DNA of 64,000 nucleotides from Candidatus Moraniibacteriota bacterium (GTDB lineage Bacteria; Patescibacteriota; Minisyncoccia; Moranbacterales; UBA1568): NCBI GenBank assembly GCA_016699875.1, contig CP064989.1, positions 520,788 to 584,787 of the forward strand, read 5' to 3'. Shown piece by piece: positions 47,477 to 58,359 of this stretch (position 1 is its first letter; each line of letters starts with the position of its first letter). The notes under the pieces were generated by a model. It saw only the letters and a program-made list of their open reading frames with translations, ran no database searches and was not told where the DNA came from. The position numbers and the translations under genes were made by a program.

Positions 47477-48499
47477 TTATTTCTCACGAAGTACCGATAC
47501 TCTAGCACCTCTTCGCATGAATTTCAAGCCACAAAAGGACTTTTCCGCTACCTTATTCTTCGTACTCGCAATAAAATTCCGCATTTCCTCGATAGTTGAG
47601 AATGAAGGCGGCAATGTGCTGTCACTGAACCGCTCGATCAATGCTCGAAGCGTAGATCGCTGAGAAGCATCCGAAAGCACAAGAAAATTCGTCACAAGCA
47701 AAGAAAATCCACTGCCATCGGCATTTTCGATAACGGAATGTGCCCCATCAATACACCGCTCGAGCAGGTCGATATCGTCAGCGAGAGACAACGCTGATCG
47801 AGCAAGCGTATCTCGAATATTCGGATTCAATGTCTCAAGAACAGGAAGAAGTTCATGACGAACGCGATTGCGCGTAAATTTCGGGTCGGTATTGCTTCCA
47901 TCAATACGGAAGGGAAGCGCATTTTCCTTGAGGTAGCGCAAGATATCCTCCCTCGAAGTAAGGAGTAGCGGACGAATAATCACTCCCGCCCGAGGACGCA
48001 TCGCTCCCAAACCGCGAAGTCCCGAACCTCGCAAGAGTCGCAAGAGAACCGTTTCAGCCTGATCATCCCGATTGTGCGCGACGGCAATTGCATCAAATCC
48101 AAGCTGTACCCGAATCGTTTCAAAAAAGTTATACCGAATATCGCGAAGCCGAGCCTCAAGGTTTCCGGCATAGTCAGACATATCCGGATGCAACACTGTA
48201 ACCGGAAGAGCATAAAAGCCTGCCCGCTCTCGCACCAGCCACTCATCAAGATCGGATTCTTCGCCTCGAAGCGAATAGTTCACATGTGCGATGTGGAGCT
48301 TCCAATCGTATTTCTTCCCGAGAGCCACCAGACAGTCTAAGAGACACAGACTATCCGGACCGCCCGAAACCGCAACAATCATCGAATCTCCTGCCTTCCA
48401 GAGTGAAAAACGGTGCGCAGTATTCTGGAGATTTTTCAGAAAAGACTGCCGATCAGGCGCACCTCTCGATAATGTCGAGCGTTTTCCGGACAGCTTCAT
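47477..48499 (-). CDS. tilS: tRNA(Ile)-lysidine synthetase
   Basis: PP-loop SGGPDS motif; classic tilS-ftsH linkage; start uncertain (ATG at 48497-48499 chosen; overlaps gmk 3' end by ~45 nt). Confidence 0.8.
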   Translation of the reverse strand: MKLSGKRSTLSRGAPDRQSFLKNLQNTAHRFSLWKAGDSMIVAVSGGPDSLCLLDCLVALGKKYDWKLHIAHVNYSLRGEESDLDEWLVRERAGFYALPVTVLHPDMSDYAGNLEARLRDIRYNFFETIRVQLGFDAIAVAHNRDDQAETVLLRLLRGSGLRGLGAMRPRAGVIIRPLLLTSREDILRYLKENALPFRIDGSNTDPKFTRNRVRHELLPVLETLNPNIRDTLARSALSLADDIDLLERCIDGAHSVIENADGSGFSLLVTNFLVLSDASQRSTLRALIERFSDSTLPPSFSTIEEMRNFIASTKNKVAEKSFCGLKFMRRGARVSVLREK

Positions 48500-49016
48500 C
48501 GAGCTGTCCTTCTTCATTGACGACAGTGTAGTCATAAATATCGGTGTGGCGCAGCCATTCGCGCGTATAGTCCATCCGCTCGGCGATATAGGCATCGGTC
48601 ACATGCGGGTCGCGACGACGAATACGCGCCTCAAGCACCGCCAGAGAGGGAACAGTAATCAAAATAGCAACAATATCCGGAAAAAGTTTCTTCGCCGTGA
48701 GAACGCCTTTCCATTCTATCTTCCAAATGCCGATTTTTCCGGAATTTCGTACGCGCTCGATCTCATCAAAAGTAACACCGTAGAGATTGCCATTGTATTG
48801 CCGCGTATACTCAAGGAATCTCTGCTCCCGAATGCCCGCCTCGAAGACGTCTTCGGACACGAAATAGTAGGGATTCCCCTCGGATTCGCCCGCCCGCGGC
48901 GCACGCGTCGTCGTCGTCACCACGCGCTCAATCGAAAGATGCTCTTCCAATCGAGAGATGATAGAATCTTCCCCTGCACCCGACGGCCCGGAAATAATAA
49001 ACAGTTTCGATTCCAT
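48453..49016 (-). CDS. gmk: Guanylate kinase
   Basis: P-loop GPSGAGED, guanylate-binding TTRAPRAGE...Y.F motif; start at MESKLF. Confidence 0.9.
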   Translation of the reverse strand: MESKLFIISGPSGAGEDSIISRLEEHLSIERVVTTTTRAPRAGESEGNPYYFVSEDVFEAGIREQRFLEYTRQYNGNLYGVTFDEIERVRNSGKIGIWKIEWKGVLTAKKLFPDIVAILITVPSLAVLEARIRRRDPHVTDAYIAERMDYTREWLRHTDIYDYTVVNEEGQLDEAVRKTLDIIERCA

Positions 49017-49623
49017 GCCCCAGCCTACCGCGATTTCCCACAAGAATCAAGGACTCCAAAGAAAATAAAAAGCCCCTGGAATAGTTATTATCCACAGGGG
49101 CTAAATTTTTTTCAAGAATTTTCCAAGAAAAAGAAATTTAAAAGAAAAACAAACACCCTCACACCTTCATAGGCAATACTCATCCTCCTTTTTTAGGTTT
49201 GGACTGAGAAAAACCCGCATAACGCGCCAAAGCGTTGTTGCAAGCGACTCGCATTCTTCATTACGCGGTCGCAAGCGTTATGCGGATCACGTACTCTGCC
49301 GCCTCGAGCCGTGGAGGACTAGCCTCCGATGAAGCGGCGAGTAAGGTTACGCCTCACCGAGCGCGGAAGTTATTGTCCGCGGCGACTCGGTAAGAGCCGC
49401 GCTACATGTGCTGCTCCTAACATTTTGCGCGCGAGGGCTACTAGCCACTCGGTTAGGTTACAGAGCACACACAACAACACACAACAATAGGGCTGGAAAC
49501 CACCACTTATGCAAGGACAAATCCCTGCTTCAGCAAATGGCGCAGCCCTTTCTTTCGGACTTACAGCCAGCTAGCAGAGAGGGTATCACGAACCCTCTCA
49601 CCTCCCGCTAAGGGGCTAGGTTA

Positions 49624-49794
49624 CTAGCAGCCGACGATGCCCAGGCCCAGGCCGGCACCACCGCTGACGTTGCCGTTGGTCATCATACTCATATCCAGAG
49701 TGGCAGCGCCGGGATTGGGCCGGTAGAAGGCGCTGGCGGTGGTAGCGCTCACGAAAGAGATTCCTTCATTGTTCAGGTGCTCCTGATTCTTCAT
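49624..49794 (-). CDS. 56-aa Gly-rich, Cys-terminated small peptide (candidate precursor/secreted peptide)
   Basis: My own translation (below 60-aa cutoff of ORF track): MKNQEHLNNEGISFVSATTASAFYRPNPGAATLDMSMMTNGNVSGGAGLGLGIVGC, tandem TAG-TAA stops; GAGGAGGA SD 6 nt upstream; TTGACA-like -35 about 130 nt upstream. Confidence 0.45.
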   Translation of the reverse strand: MKNQEHLNNEGISFVSATTASAFYRPNPGAATLDMSMMTNGNVSGGAGLGLGIVGC

Positions 49795-50099
49795 GGCATA
49801 TCCTCCTCGAGGTTTGCCTTGGCGTTTTGACCCAAGGTCCCTAGAAAAACCAGGACCAAGAGCCAGCGTGTCGAGCGGAAAATCAACTCAATATTGAGCA
49901 AGTTAGCATACCCTTGAAATCTTGTCAAGGGCACTCGAGAGTATATCGTGAATTGTCGCTCTATACAAGCAAAAAGTGGCATTTTTCTTCTTCAGAATTT
50001 CAAGATCGCGATACAAGAGAGAAAAATGCACAAGGACAAACCTCTGAAAAAATAAGCGGGATATTTCTATGGAAAATACGCTCTGAGAAAAGCTCCGAG

Positions 50100-51968
50100 C
50101 TATTCCACGGTCACACTTTTGGCAAGATTCCTCGGGCGATCGATCGCCTCACCGCGCGCCGCGGCGACAAAATAAGCAAAGAGCTGCAAGGGAATGACAG
50201 AGAGAAGCGGGGAAAGCGATTCGAGCGTCTCGGGAATAAAGAAACACGCATCGGCAAGCCCCTTGTCGAGCAACTCGGTGTTGCCTTCTGTCGTAACCGC
50301 AATAATACTCCCTTGGCGAGCCTTCACTTCTTGCATATTGCTTACTGTTTTCTCATAGACGCTATCGCAAGGAGCAACAAAGACGCAAGGAAAGCCCGCT
50401 TCGACAAGTGCCAAGGGACCATGCTTCATTTCTCCGGCAGGATAGGCTTCGGCATGAACATAGGCTATTTCCTTGATTTTGAGCGCTCCTTCAAAGGCGA
50501 CCGGCGCACTGTATCGTCGTCCAAGATAGAAAAAGTCCGCACATGCCGAAAAACGCTCTGCCACAGACCGTATCGCGTCTTTCTGCGTCAATATCCGCTG
50601 TATCTTGTCAGGAATCTGCCGGAGCTGCCGAGCGAATTCCTTGCCGCCGGCAAGCGAAAGCGTACCGCGACGCCCCAATGAGAGCGCCATAAGTGAAAGT
50701 ACGGCGAGCTGGGAGGTAAATGCCTTGGTAGAAGCGACGGAAATTTCCGGTCCGGCATGCGTATAGACGCCTGCCATTGTCTTCCGTGCAATAGTTGAAC
50801 CGACAACATTCACGATGCCGAGCGTTAACGCACCCTTCCGCTCAGCCTCCTCAACCGCCGCAAGCGTATCCGCTGTCTCGCCCGATTGTGAAAGCGCGAT
50901 CAAAGCCGTTTCCGCATTGAGCACGGGGTTCTTATAGCGGAATTCCGAAGCAGGCGTCGATTTGGCCAGCTTCCCCGCTATATCCTCAAAGAGATGTTCG
51001 CCCACCATACCAGCATGAAGCGACGTCCCGCACGAGACAAATTGAAATGACCGGATATTTCCAATTGCCTTATCCACACTGGAAAGCCCGCCCAAACGCG
51101 CCGTAGCCGCGCCATCTTTGAGCCGCCCCCGAAGCGCATCTTCGATAACGCGGGGCTGCTCCATAATTTCCTTGAACATAAAGTGCGGGTAGCCGCCCTT
51201 TTCCGCTTCTTCAAGCGACCAGTCGATAGTTTCGAGCGTCTTTGTCTTGGCACTGTGACCGTCCACACGAGATATGACGTGTTTATCTGACCGTATATGA
51301 GATATTTCTCCGTCTTCGAGAAAGAAAACGTCGCGCGTCCGTGACACAATAGCCGACGGATCAGATGCCACGATATACTCATTCTCTCCCACACCAACCA
51401 AAAGCGGACTTCCCTGCTTCGCAGCAAAAAGACTCCCCGGCTCATCCGACCCGAGAACCAAGAGTCCGTAGGTGCCTCGCACGCGCACAAGCGCTGATCG
51501 GATCGCATCTGGAAGTGACCGGGAAGTCTTTCGTTCTTCTTCTATAAGATGCGCGATAACTTCCGTGTCGGTTTCCGAGCGGAAAACATGCCCCGATGCC
51601 ACGAGCTCCTCTTTCAACTCGCGGTAATTCTCGATAATGCCATTGTGAACCACGGCTATCTTCCCGGAACAATCCGTATGCGGATGCGCATTCGTATCGG
51701 TCGCGCCGCCATGTGTCGCCCAGCGTGTGTGGAGAATAGCGATCGGAGCTGCAGCAGGGAAGTCTCCGCTTAACTGCTTCGACCGCATCTCGGGCACCAA
51801 CCCGTCGCTAATGCCGCCCTGCTTTTTGACGACACGAATCACACTGTCAGAGAGTGTGGCAATACCGGCACTGTCGTATCCGCGGTATTCAAGCCGCAAC
51901 AAAGCACTCACTCCCGACTCAACCGCATCCGATCCGGATTCGGTCACCACTCCAACCACTCCGCACAT
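50100..51968 (-). CDS. glmS: Glutamine--fructose-6-phosphate aminotransferase
   Basis: N-terminal MCGVVG Ntn-glutaminase start, two SIS domains, C-terminal ...VTVE. Confidence 0.95.
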   Translation of the reverse strand: MCGVVGVVTESGSDAVESGVSALLRLEYRGYDSAGIATLSDSVIRVVKKQGGISDGLVPEMRSKQLSGDFPAAAPIAILHTRWATHGGATDTNAHPHTDCSGKIAVVHNGIIENYRELKEELVASGHVFRSETDTEVIAHLIEEERKTSRSLPDAIRSALVRVRGTYGLLVLGSDEPGSLFAAKQGSPLLVGVGENEYIVASDPSAIVSRTRDVFFLEDGEISHIRSDKHVISRVDGHSAKTKTLETIDWSLEEAEKGGYPHFMFKEIMEQPRVIEDALRGRLKDGAATARLGGLSSVDKAIGNIRSFQFVSCGTSLHAGMVGEHLFEDIAGKLAKSTPASEFRYKNPVLNAETALIALSQSGETADTLAAVEEAERKGALTLGIVNVVGSTIARKTMAGVYTHAGPEISVASTKAFTSQLAVLSLMALSLGRRGTLSLAGGKEFARQLRQIPDKIQRILTQKDAIRSVAERFSACADFFYLGRRYSAPVAFEGALKIKEIAYVHAEAYPAGEMKHGPLALVEAGFPCVFVAPCDSVYEKTVSNMQEVKARQGSIIAVTTEGNTELLDKGLADACFFIPETLESLSPLLSVIPLQLFAYFVAAARGEAIDRPRNLAKSVTVE

Positions 51969-52181
51969 AGACGCATGTGTTAACGTTCATCTAAAACCTC
52001 CGAACCCCAGCACTTCGCCAGGATCTCAGCAGATATTCGCATTGTTTCAAAAAACCGACATTCTTCTTGTGGTGTAGCAAAGAAAGAGAGAAAAAACAAT
52101 GCGGAAAATATCCGACAACATTGACAGATGCCCGGGAAATTTCTAGGCTATTTAGTCAAGAAATACCAGAAGCAGCCCATT

Positions 52182-52364
52182 ATGCCCCCCAAAGAAATTC
52201 TCATTCTCTTTATCCTCCTCACCAGCGGAGCCGGTCTTTCCATGGCGGTCGATTTGACACTCGGCATCCGCTGGCAACGGTTCAAATCCTGGAAGTGGCT
52301 CGTCCACATCACTACACTCATCCTCTATGGCGCCATCATAGCCGCCTACATGATCCTGCATTGA
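52182..52364 (+). CDS. Small two-helix membrane protein (60 aa)
   Basis: MPPKEILILFILLTSGAGLSMAVDL...LVHITTLILYGAIIAAYMILH; hydrophobic hairpin. Confidence 0.35.
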   Translation: MPPKEILILFILLTSGAGLSMAVDLTLGIRWQRFKSWKWLVHITTLILYGAIIAAYMILH

Positions 52365-52529
52365 CGCTTCGCCGTAAAAGCCGTATACTTTTCCCGAAGA
52401 TACGGTTTATTTTTTTCTTTAAGAAACGCTCGCAGGAATCGCCCTCGGCACAGAAGAATACCCAAGATTCTCCGGAAATCTTGGTGACTCCTCCGTGTTT
52501 AGCGGCTTCCAAGCGGGCAGAATCCGCTT

Positions 52530-54638
52530 ATGCAAGAGCAAAAATGGTCCCTCCAAATAGGAGGGAGAGTCCTTGAGCTTTCAACCGGACTCCTCGCGGG
52601 GCAGGCAAACGGCGCCGTGCGCGCCCAATACGGCGACACCGTCGTCCTTGCGACCGCCGTGATCGGCAAGAATCCCTCGAATATTTCGGGATATTTTCCG
52701 CTCCTCGTCGACTACGAAGAACGCTACTACGCCGCAGGGAAGATAAAGGGCTCGCGATTTGTGAAACGCGAAGGACGCCCGTCCGACGATGCCGTATTGA
52801 CCGGACGCGCCGTCGACCGCACCATTCGCCCGCTTTTCAATGCTCGAATGCGAAACGACGTGCAAGTGGTCGTCACTACCCTCTCATTCGATGGCGAAAA
52901 TGACCCCGATACCATCGGAATGATTGCCGCATCTGCCGCACTCGCCCTCTCAGACATCCCCTGGAACGGGCCGATCGGTGCCGTTCGCGTCGGAAGAATG
53001 AATGAAAATTTCATCTTAAATCCCGTAAACGGCGAGCGAGCTGAGAGCGAATTCGATCTTCTCATCGCCGGAACAAACGAGAAGATCAACATGATGGAGG
53101 TATCCGCCAAGGAGGTACCGGAATCCGTCATGATAGAAGCCTTTGCCTTTGGCTTCGACGCTATCAAAAAAATCGCCGACTTTATCGAGTCGATCCGAAA
53201 GGAAGTTGGCAAGGAAAAGCTCGTGCCAACACTCCTCGAAGCTCCCAAGGAAGTCGAGGACGATATTCGCCGATGGTTCGAAGAGAAAGGTCTCGCTCAA
53301 GCGCTCTACCTCAAGGGCAAGAAAGAAACCTACGACCGACTCCGCGAAATTCGCGAATACGTCGACAAGCAAATCAACGAAGTTCATGCAAATGTTCCAA
53401 AAATTCGCGAGGTTACCGAGCAAGTCTTCGAAGAACTCTCCGATGAAATCGTGCACGAGAATATTTTGCAGCACGAGAAACGCCCGGATGGACGCGCTTT
53501 GACCGAGGTTCGCCCCATTACATGCCAGGTCGGCGTCCTCCCGCGCACACACGGCACCGGACTCTTCACACGCGGCGAAACCCAAGCGCTCACCGTTGCA
53601 ACACTTGGCTCTCCGGGTGATGAGCAAATCATCGACACCATGGAAGTCGATATGAAGAAGCGATATATTCACCACTACAATTTCCCGCCGTACTCCGTCG
53701 GCGAAGTACGTCCGATGCGCGGCCCCGGACGGCGCGAAGTAGGACATGGCGCCCTCGCCGAAAAAGCATTGGTCCCTGTGCTCCCCAACAAAGAAGACTT
53801 CCCATACACCATTCTTTTGGTTTCGGAAATTCTCTCTTCAAACGGATCATCGTCCATGGCATCAACCTGCGGATCAACACTCGCTCTCATGGACGCCGGC
53901 GTCCCTATCAAAGCGCCGGTCTCCGGCATAGCGATGGGCATCATCGTCGGCAGCGAGAAGCAGTACAAAGTATTGACCGATATCCAGGGACTCGAAGATC
54001 ACTATGGCGACATGGACTTCAAAGCCGCAGGAACCACCAAGGGACTCACCGCCATTCAAATGGATGTGAAAGTGGACGGTGTCACGCTCCCCATGCTCGA
54101 AGCAGTGCTCTTGCAGGCAAAAGACAATCGCGCCGAAATCCTCGGGAAAATGCTGGCAACGCTTCCCGAGGCACGCACCGCGCTTTCACCCTACGCGCCG
54201 CGCATCATCGTGCTTCACATCAATCCGGAAAAGATCCGTGATGTTATCGGACCGGGAGGGAAAATGATCAATCGCATTATCGACGAAACCGGTGTTGAAA
54301 TAGACATCGAGGACGACGGATCCGTATTTGTCACATCACCTGACGAAGTGAGCTCCAAGAAGGCGGTCGAGTGGATCAATAACCTCACGCGTGAGGTAAA
54401 GCCCGGCGAATTGTTTCAGGGACGCGTCACGCGCCTCATGAATTTCGGCGCCTTTGTCGAAGTCCTCCCAAACCAAGAAGGATTGGTGCATATTTCCGAG
54501 CTCGCCAATGAGCGCGTCGAGCGCGTCGAGGACATTGTTCATGTTGGCGATATGATTCCCGTTATCGTGAAAAATATTGACGACCAAGGTCGCATAAACC
54601 TCTCAAGAAAAGCCGCCCTCAAAGAGGTGCTATCCTGA
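52530..54638 (+). CDS. pnp: Polynucleotide phosphorylase
   Basis: Two RNase PH domains, KH ([10 protein letters not shown]) and S1 ([14 protein letters not shown]) domains; 702 aa. Confidence 0.95.
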   Translation: MQEQKWSLQIGGRVLELSTGLLAGQANGAVRAQYGDTVVLATAVIGKNPSNISGYFPLLVDYEERYYAAGKIKGSRFVKREGRPSDDAVLTGRAVDRTIRPLFNARMRNDVQVVVTTLSFDGENDPDTIGMIAASAALALSDIPWNGPIGAVRVGRMNENFILNPVNGERAESEFDLLIAGTNEKINMMEVSAKEVPESVMIEAFAFGFDAIKKIADFIESIRKEVGKEKLVPTLLEAPKEVEDDIRRWFEEKGLAQALYLKGKKETYDRLREIREYVDKQINEVHANVPKIREVTEQVFEELSDEIVHENILQHEKRPDGRALTEVRPITCQVGVLPRTHGTGLFTRGETQALTVATLGSPGDEQIIDTMEVDMKKRYIHHYNFPPYSVGEVRPMRGPGRREVGHGALAEKALVPVLPNKEDFPYTILLVSEILSSNGSSSMASTCGSTLALMDAGVPIKAPVSGIAMGIIVGSEKQYKVLTDIQGLEDHYGDMDFKAAGTTKGLTAIQMDVKVDGVTLPMLEAVLLQAKDNRAEILGKMLATLPEARTALSPYAPRIIVLHINPEKIRDVIGPGGKMINRIIDETGVEIDIEDDGSVFVTSPDEVSSKKAVEWINNLTREVKPGELFQGRVTRLMNFGAFVEVLPNQEGLVHISELANERVERVEDIVHVGDMIPVIVKNIDDQGRINLSRKAALKEVLS

Positions 54639-54752
54639 TCTGATCAGATACAACACTGAACACAAATCGCATGCTCGTCCGAAACGACAGTTTGTGGTAG
54701 AATGAGAGGCGGAAGAAGTTCCGCCTTCTTTCTTGTTCAAAAACAAAATGCT

Positions 54753-56210
54753 ATGGGATTCTTCTCGCGAAAAATGTCAGCATCAAACAAAGACGATACC
54801 CACGAAATGATCGACGCAAAAATCCACGTCATGCAACATGATTTGGATGAAATAGCCAAAAGTGGACACATGGAAATAGAGTCTACTCAGCAGAAAACTT
54901 CGGAAACAAAAGAGTCAGCCATTGAGACTCAGTCGGCAAATATATCCGTACCATCCGACAGCCCCTTCTCTCAATCGGAATATGTTCTAGAGCCGAGCGA
55001 ACCGGCACGCACTCATACTATCGAGGAATCTGAACCACAGGCTCCAGAAGGGGAACCTCATCAAGAAACCCCTTCACCAAATGAATCCGGCGATATCGCG
55101 GTTCCATCAGCCTCCTCGTCAACACCACTCAACCTTCCATCATTCCACGCGGCACCAACCCCTACATCCCCGACACCTCGAGGACCGATGCGTCTCAATA
55201 TCGGGCAACAAACATCATTAGAAATTCCCAGCGCAAATGTTCCCGAATCAGCACCGGCACCAAATGAAGCATTGAAGCTGCCGGTCACACCACAGGAATC
55301 TTTGCGGACCGGGACCTGGCCAGTCGCGACACCAACACAAGCGACCCATGCAAAAAAAACAGCGCCGAAGAAAGCGCAGAAAAAAATCTCTCTGCGAAAA
55401 GCGCCGACCGACAAGAAACTCATGTCTGACAATATCATCCTCAAGGAGCGATGGGGGTGGAAGCATTATCTGATGATACTGGTCGTAATAGGATCTATCG
55501 GCGGCGGAGCCTTCTATTTCTGGAAAACCCGCTTCTCTTCCGAAGGATTCAACCTTCCGACAGTCAATCTTCCGAACATTCCAGACATATCCAGCAACAA
55601 GTCCGCCGATGATCTTCGCGAACAATCAGACGATTCGCTCCCATTTTCCACGACCAACGCCAATCCATTCATCGTCGACGTCGAAACAGAAACCGTCTCA
55701 ACGCTTCGGGAGCGACTTATACAAGACGCTGACGATATGCGGAAGGCCAGCATGACCGGTCCGGTACCGTTTTCCGTAGTCGACAAAACCAACACACCAA
55801 TCGCATTCTTCATTTTTGCCTCTATTTTCAATCTGGGACTTTCCGGCGACCTACTGAACAGTCTCGACAATAACTTCACTCTTTTCATATTCCTTGACAA
55901 TAACGAACCGCGAATAGTTCTCTCCATCGCAACCAAGGATGTCGATGCCACCAGAAAATACCTCGCAGAATCAGAGAGAACGCTGCCGCTGAGCCTCAAG
56001 AACATTCTTTTAGTCGATACACCTCCGACCATACCAGCAGCAATATTCTCAACCACTGCCTACAAGGGGGTCACCATACAATACTTCAACCTTTCTTCAG
56101 AAACACCTCTGTCATTCGACTACGCCATCAATGAAAACACACTCGTACTTGGTACCAGTAAAAATTCTGAGCGCGCCGTACTCGATACGATCATAGATTC
56201 GAAGCAGTAG
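54753..56210 (+). CDS. Hypothetical membrane protein with Pro/Ser/Thr-rich cytoplasmic region
   Basis: Single TM helix (YLMILVVIGSIGGGAFYFW) after ~240-aa low-complexity PST-rich segment; start uncertain (54702 or 54753). Confidence 0.5.
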   Translation: MGFFSRKMSASNKDDTHEMIDAKIHVMQHDLDEIAKSGHMEIESTQQKTSETKESAIETQSANISVPSDSPFSQSEYVLEPSEPARTHTIEESEPQAPEGEPHQETPSPNESGDIAVPSASSSTPLNLPSFHAAPTPTSPTPRGPMRLNIGQQTSLEIPSANVPESAPAPNEALKLPVTPQESLRTGTWPVATPTQATHAKKTAPKKAQKKISLRKAPTDKKLMSDNIILKERWGWKHYLMILVVIGSIGGGAFYFWKTRFSSEGFNLPTVNLPNIPDISSNKSADDLREQSDDSLPFSTTNANPFIVDVETETVSTLRERLIQDADDMRKASMTGPVPFSVVDKTNTPIAFFIFASIFNLGLSGDLLNSLDNNFTLFIFLDNNEPRIVLSIATKDVDATRKYLAESERTLPLSLKNILLVDTPPTIPAAIFSTTAYKGVTIQYFNLSSETPLSFDYAINENTLVLGTSKNSERAVLDTIIDSKQ

Positions 56211-57015
56211 ATGGTTGATTGCTGGCTTATGCAACAGAAAAAAAGAAATTCTTTTTTTCTTCGTTAAATTTTCAGCGAAGATATTCTTAAACGGCAAGAA
56301 AAATCCCGAGAAGAAAATTGCTTGTATACTCGCATTCTTCAAAAACATTTTCCCTGCGTTGACCCCACTCTTTTTTTCTGCTATACTTGGGATGTGATCG
56401 GTTGAAAAAGGAAGCGGTTCATTAAAAAAATAAAATATTCAGTTGACCCGTCCGGTGAAGTCCGCTCTTCTCGAATGGTAGCGGGGTTCCAATCGCAATT
56501 TCCCCCTATTTGCGATTGGAACCCCCCTACTGTTCCTCCTCTGAAAAATTTCAGAGGCTCTCCTTCATCCGACAAGGAGAAACCAAAAAAACAAAAACAA
56601 AATTTTCCTGTCGCACAAAAATAAAGACAGAAAAATAAAAAGAAAAAGCCAAACAACAGTTCTTTCAAAAAAGGAATCGAGTAAAGGATTCCAAAAAAAC
56701 AGGCTACATGCCAAGGATACGGTACGGGCGACACTCAATCGGAAGAGTGTTACAACTTCATGCGTACAAATCACGCGAATTCTCAATGGATTACCGATGC
56801 CTCCTCACCCGTTGGCTACGTAACCGGAATACGCGTTGGCGCATGGCCGGGCGTCTCGCCAATTTATTTCATATTTGGGCGTCTGACGCCCGGCAACCAA
56901 CTCTCATATTCGCAAAAAGAAGCACTTTAAAGCCCGAAAGGGTGTTTTTTGTTTGAAAAAATATCCCCATTGCTCTAGGATATTCAATATTCATAATCCC
57001 GCCTTTATAAACAGG

Positions 57016-57420
57016 ATGCTGCCATTCTCTCTCTTACAGCCGTTTCGACACAAACGCAGCTCGCTCGGGAAAAGCGGGGAACGCACTGCCGCTCTCTATC
57101 TCAAAAACAAGGGGTTCAAAATTCTCGAGATGAATTACAGAAATCCGCGAGGGAAACAGCTGGGAGAAATAGATATCATAGCAAAAAAAGGGGATACAAT
57201 TGTCTTTGTCGAGGTGAAGACACGAAAAGGAGAGATGGGAACAGTATTCCCGGAAGACAATCTCACGCCGGGAAAACTCCGAAAACTTGAGAAAATAGCA
57301 ACATATTACTTGCAATCACGACATCTCCGGGACTCCTCCTACCACTTCGACGCCGTTACCATTCTCATTGATAAGACAGGATCAACCACTATTCGCCATT
57401 TTGAACACATCTTTGTTTGA
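57016..57420 (+). CDS. yraN: YraN-family endonuclease (UPF0102)
   Basis: GERTAALYLKNKGFKILEMNYRNPRGKQLGEIDIIAKKGDTIVFVEVKTR: canonical YraN core. Confidence 0.75.
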   Translation: MLPFSLLQPFRHKRSSLGKSGERTAALYLKNKGFKILEMNYRNPRGKQLGEIDIIAKKGDTIVFVEVKTRKGEMGTVFPEDNLTPGKLRKLEKIATYYLQSRHLRDSSYHFDAVTILIDKTGSTTIRHFEHIFV

Positions 57421-57524
57421 AATTCGCAAGAATAAAAAACTGGACAACTGAACCCTGTCTCTCTATACTTGAAGAAGGGTTTTTGTTTTCAGTGTTCACA
57501 CTTTGATCTTTGAATTTTTCCCCT

Positions 57525-57875
57525 ATGACTCTTGATGCCGCAACACTCTCCGAACTCAAAGAAAAGCTCCTGACTGAAAAATCACGCCTCGAGGAAGCGC
57601 TCTCGAAGTTTGCCACCAAAACCGATGTTCCGGGTGAATACAAGACGCAGATGGAGGAAATTGGCACGGATATCGATGAGAACGCGACCGAAGTCGAGGG
57701 CTACGTAGATAACCTTGCTGTTGAGCAGGATCTCGAGCATGAATTGCAGGAAGTACTTGCAGCACTCGACCGTATGGAAAAAGGAAGCTACGGCATTTGC
57801 GAGAAAACGGGTCAAGAAATCAACATCGAACGGCTTCGGGCTTATCCAGCTGCAAGAACCGCGGTTCTCTCCTAG
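57525..57875 (+). CDS. DksA/TraR-like (YteA-type) protein lacking the full C4 zinc finger
   Basis: Coiled-coil N-terminus, C-terminal GICEKTGQEI...RLRAYP resembling DksA C-terminus with single Cys. Confidence 0.6.
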   Translation: MTLDAATLSELKEKLLTEKSRLEEALSKFATKTDVPGEYKTQMEEIGTDIDENATEVEGYVDNLAVEQDLEHELQEVLAALDRMEKGSYGICEKTGQEINIERLRAYPAARTAVLS

Positions 57876-57883
57876 TTATCAAC

Positions 57884-58306
57884 ATGTTTCGCTGGCGATT
57901 TATTGTATTGAGCATTCTTTTTACTGTCTTCTTGTTTGGAGCACAGATTGGAAAGCGCTTCTTCTCTCAGGTTGTTTGCAATACGGGAATTGGGTTTGGT
58001 ATCGGGGGAGGAGTGTGGCTGATAGCATTGTGGGTAGTTTTTGTAAGTGCTCTAGGATTTTTCGTGGTTCGTGAGCTTCAGGAAGAAAGAGCAAGTCGTT
58101 TTGTATACCTCGTCCCTGTTGGAGGAGGTTTTTTGTTGGGTGGCGCGATTTCAAATCTGCTTGATCGGCTTGTTTATGGATGCGTTGCCGACTATTTTCA
58201 GCCATTCCTCTGGTTTCCAGCGTTTAATATAGCAGATATCGGAGTGAGTATGGGGGCGGGGTTGCTAGTTTTGTATCTGTTTTTTACAGAGGCTACGGAT
58301 AAATAA
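57884..58306 (+). CDS. lspA: Lipoprotein signal peptidase II
   Basis: NTGIGFG and FNIAD motifs, four TM helices. Confidence 0.88.
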   Translation: MFRWRFIVLSILFTVFLFGAQIGKRFFSQVVCNTGIGFGIGGGVWLIALWVVFVSALGFFVVRELQEERASRFVYLVPVGGGFLLGGAISNLLDRLVYGCVADYFQPFLWFPAFNIADIGVSMGAGLLVLYLFFTEATDK

Positions 58307-58359
58307 AACGGCATATTACAAAACAAAATTTGTAATATGCCGAAAAAACAGGGGGGATG

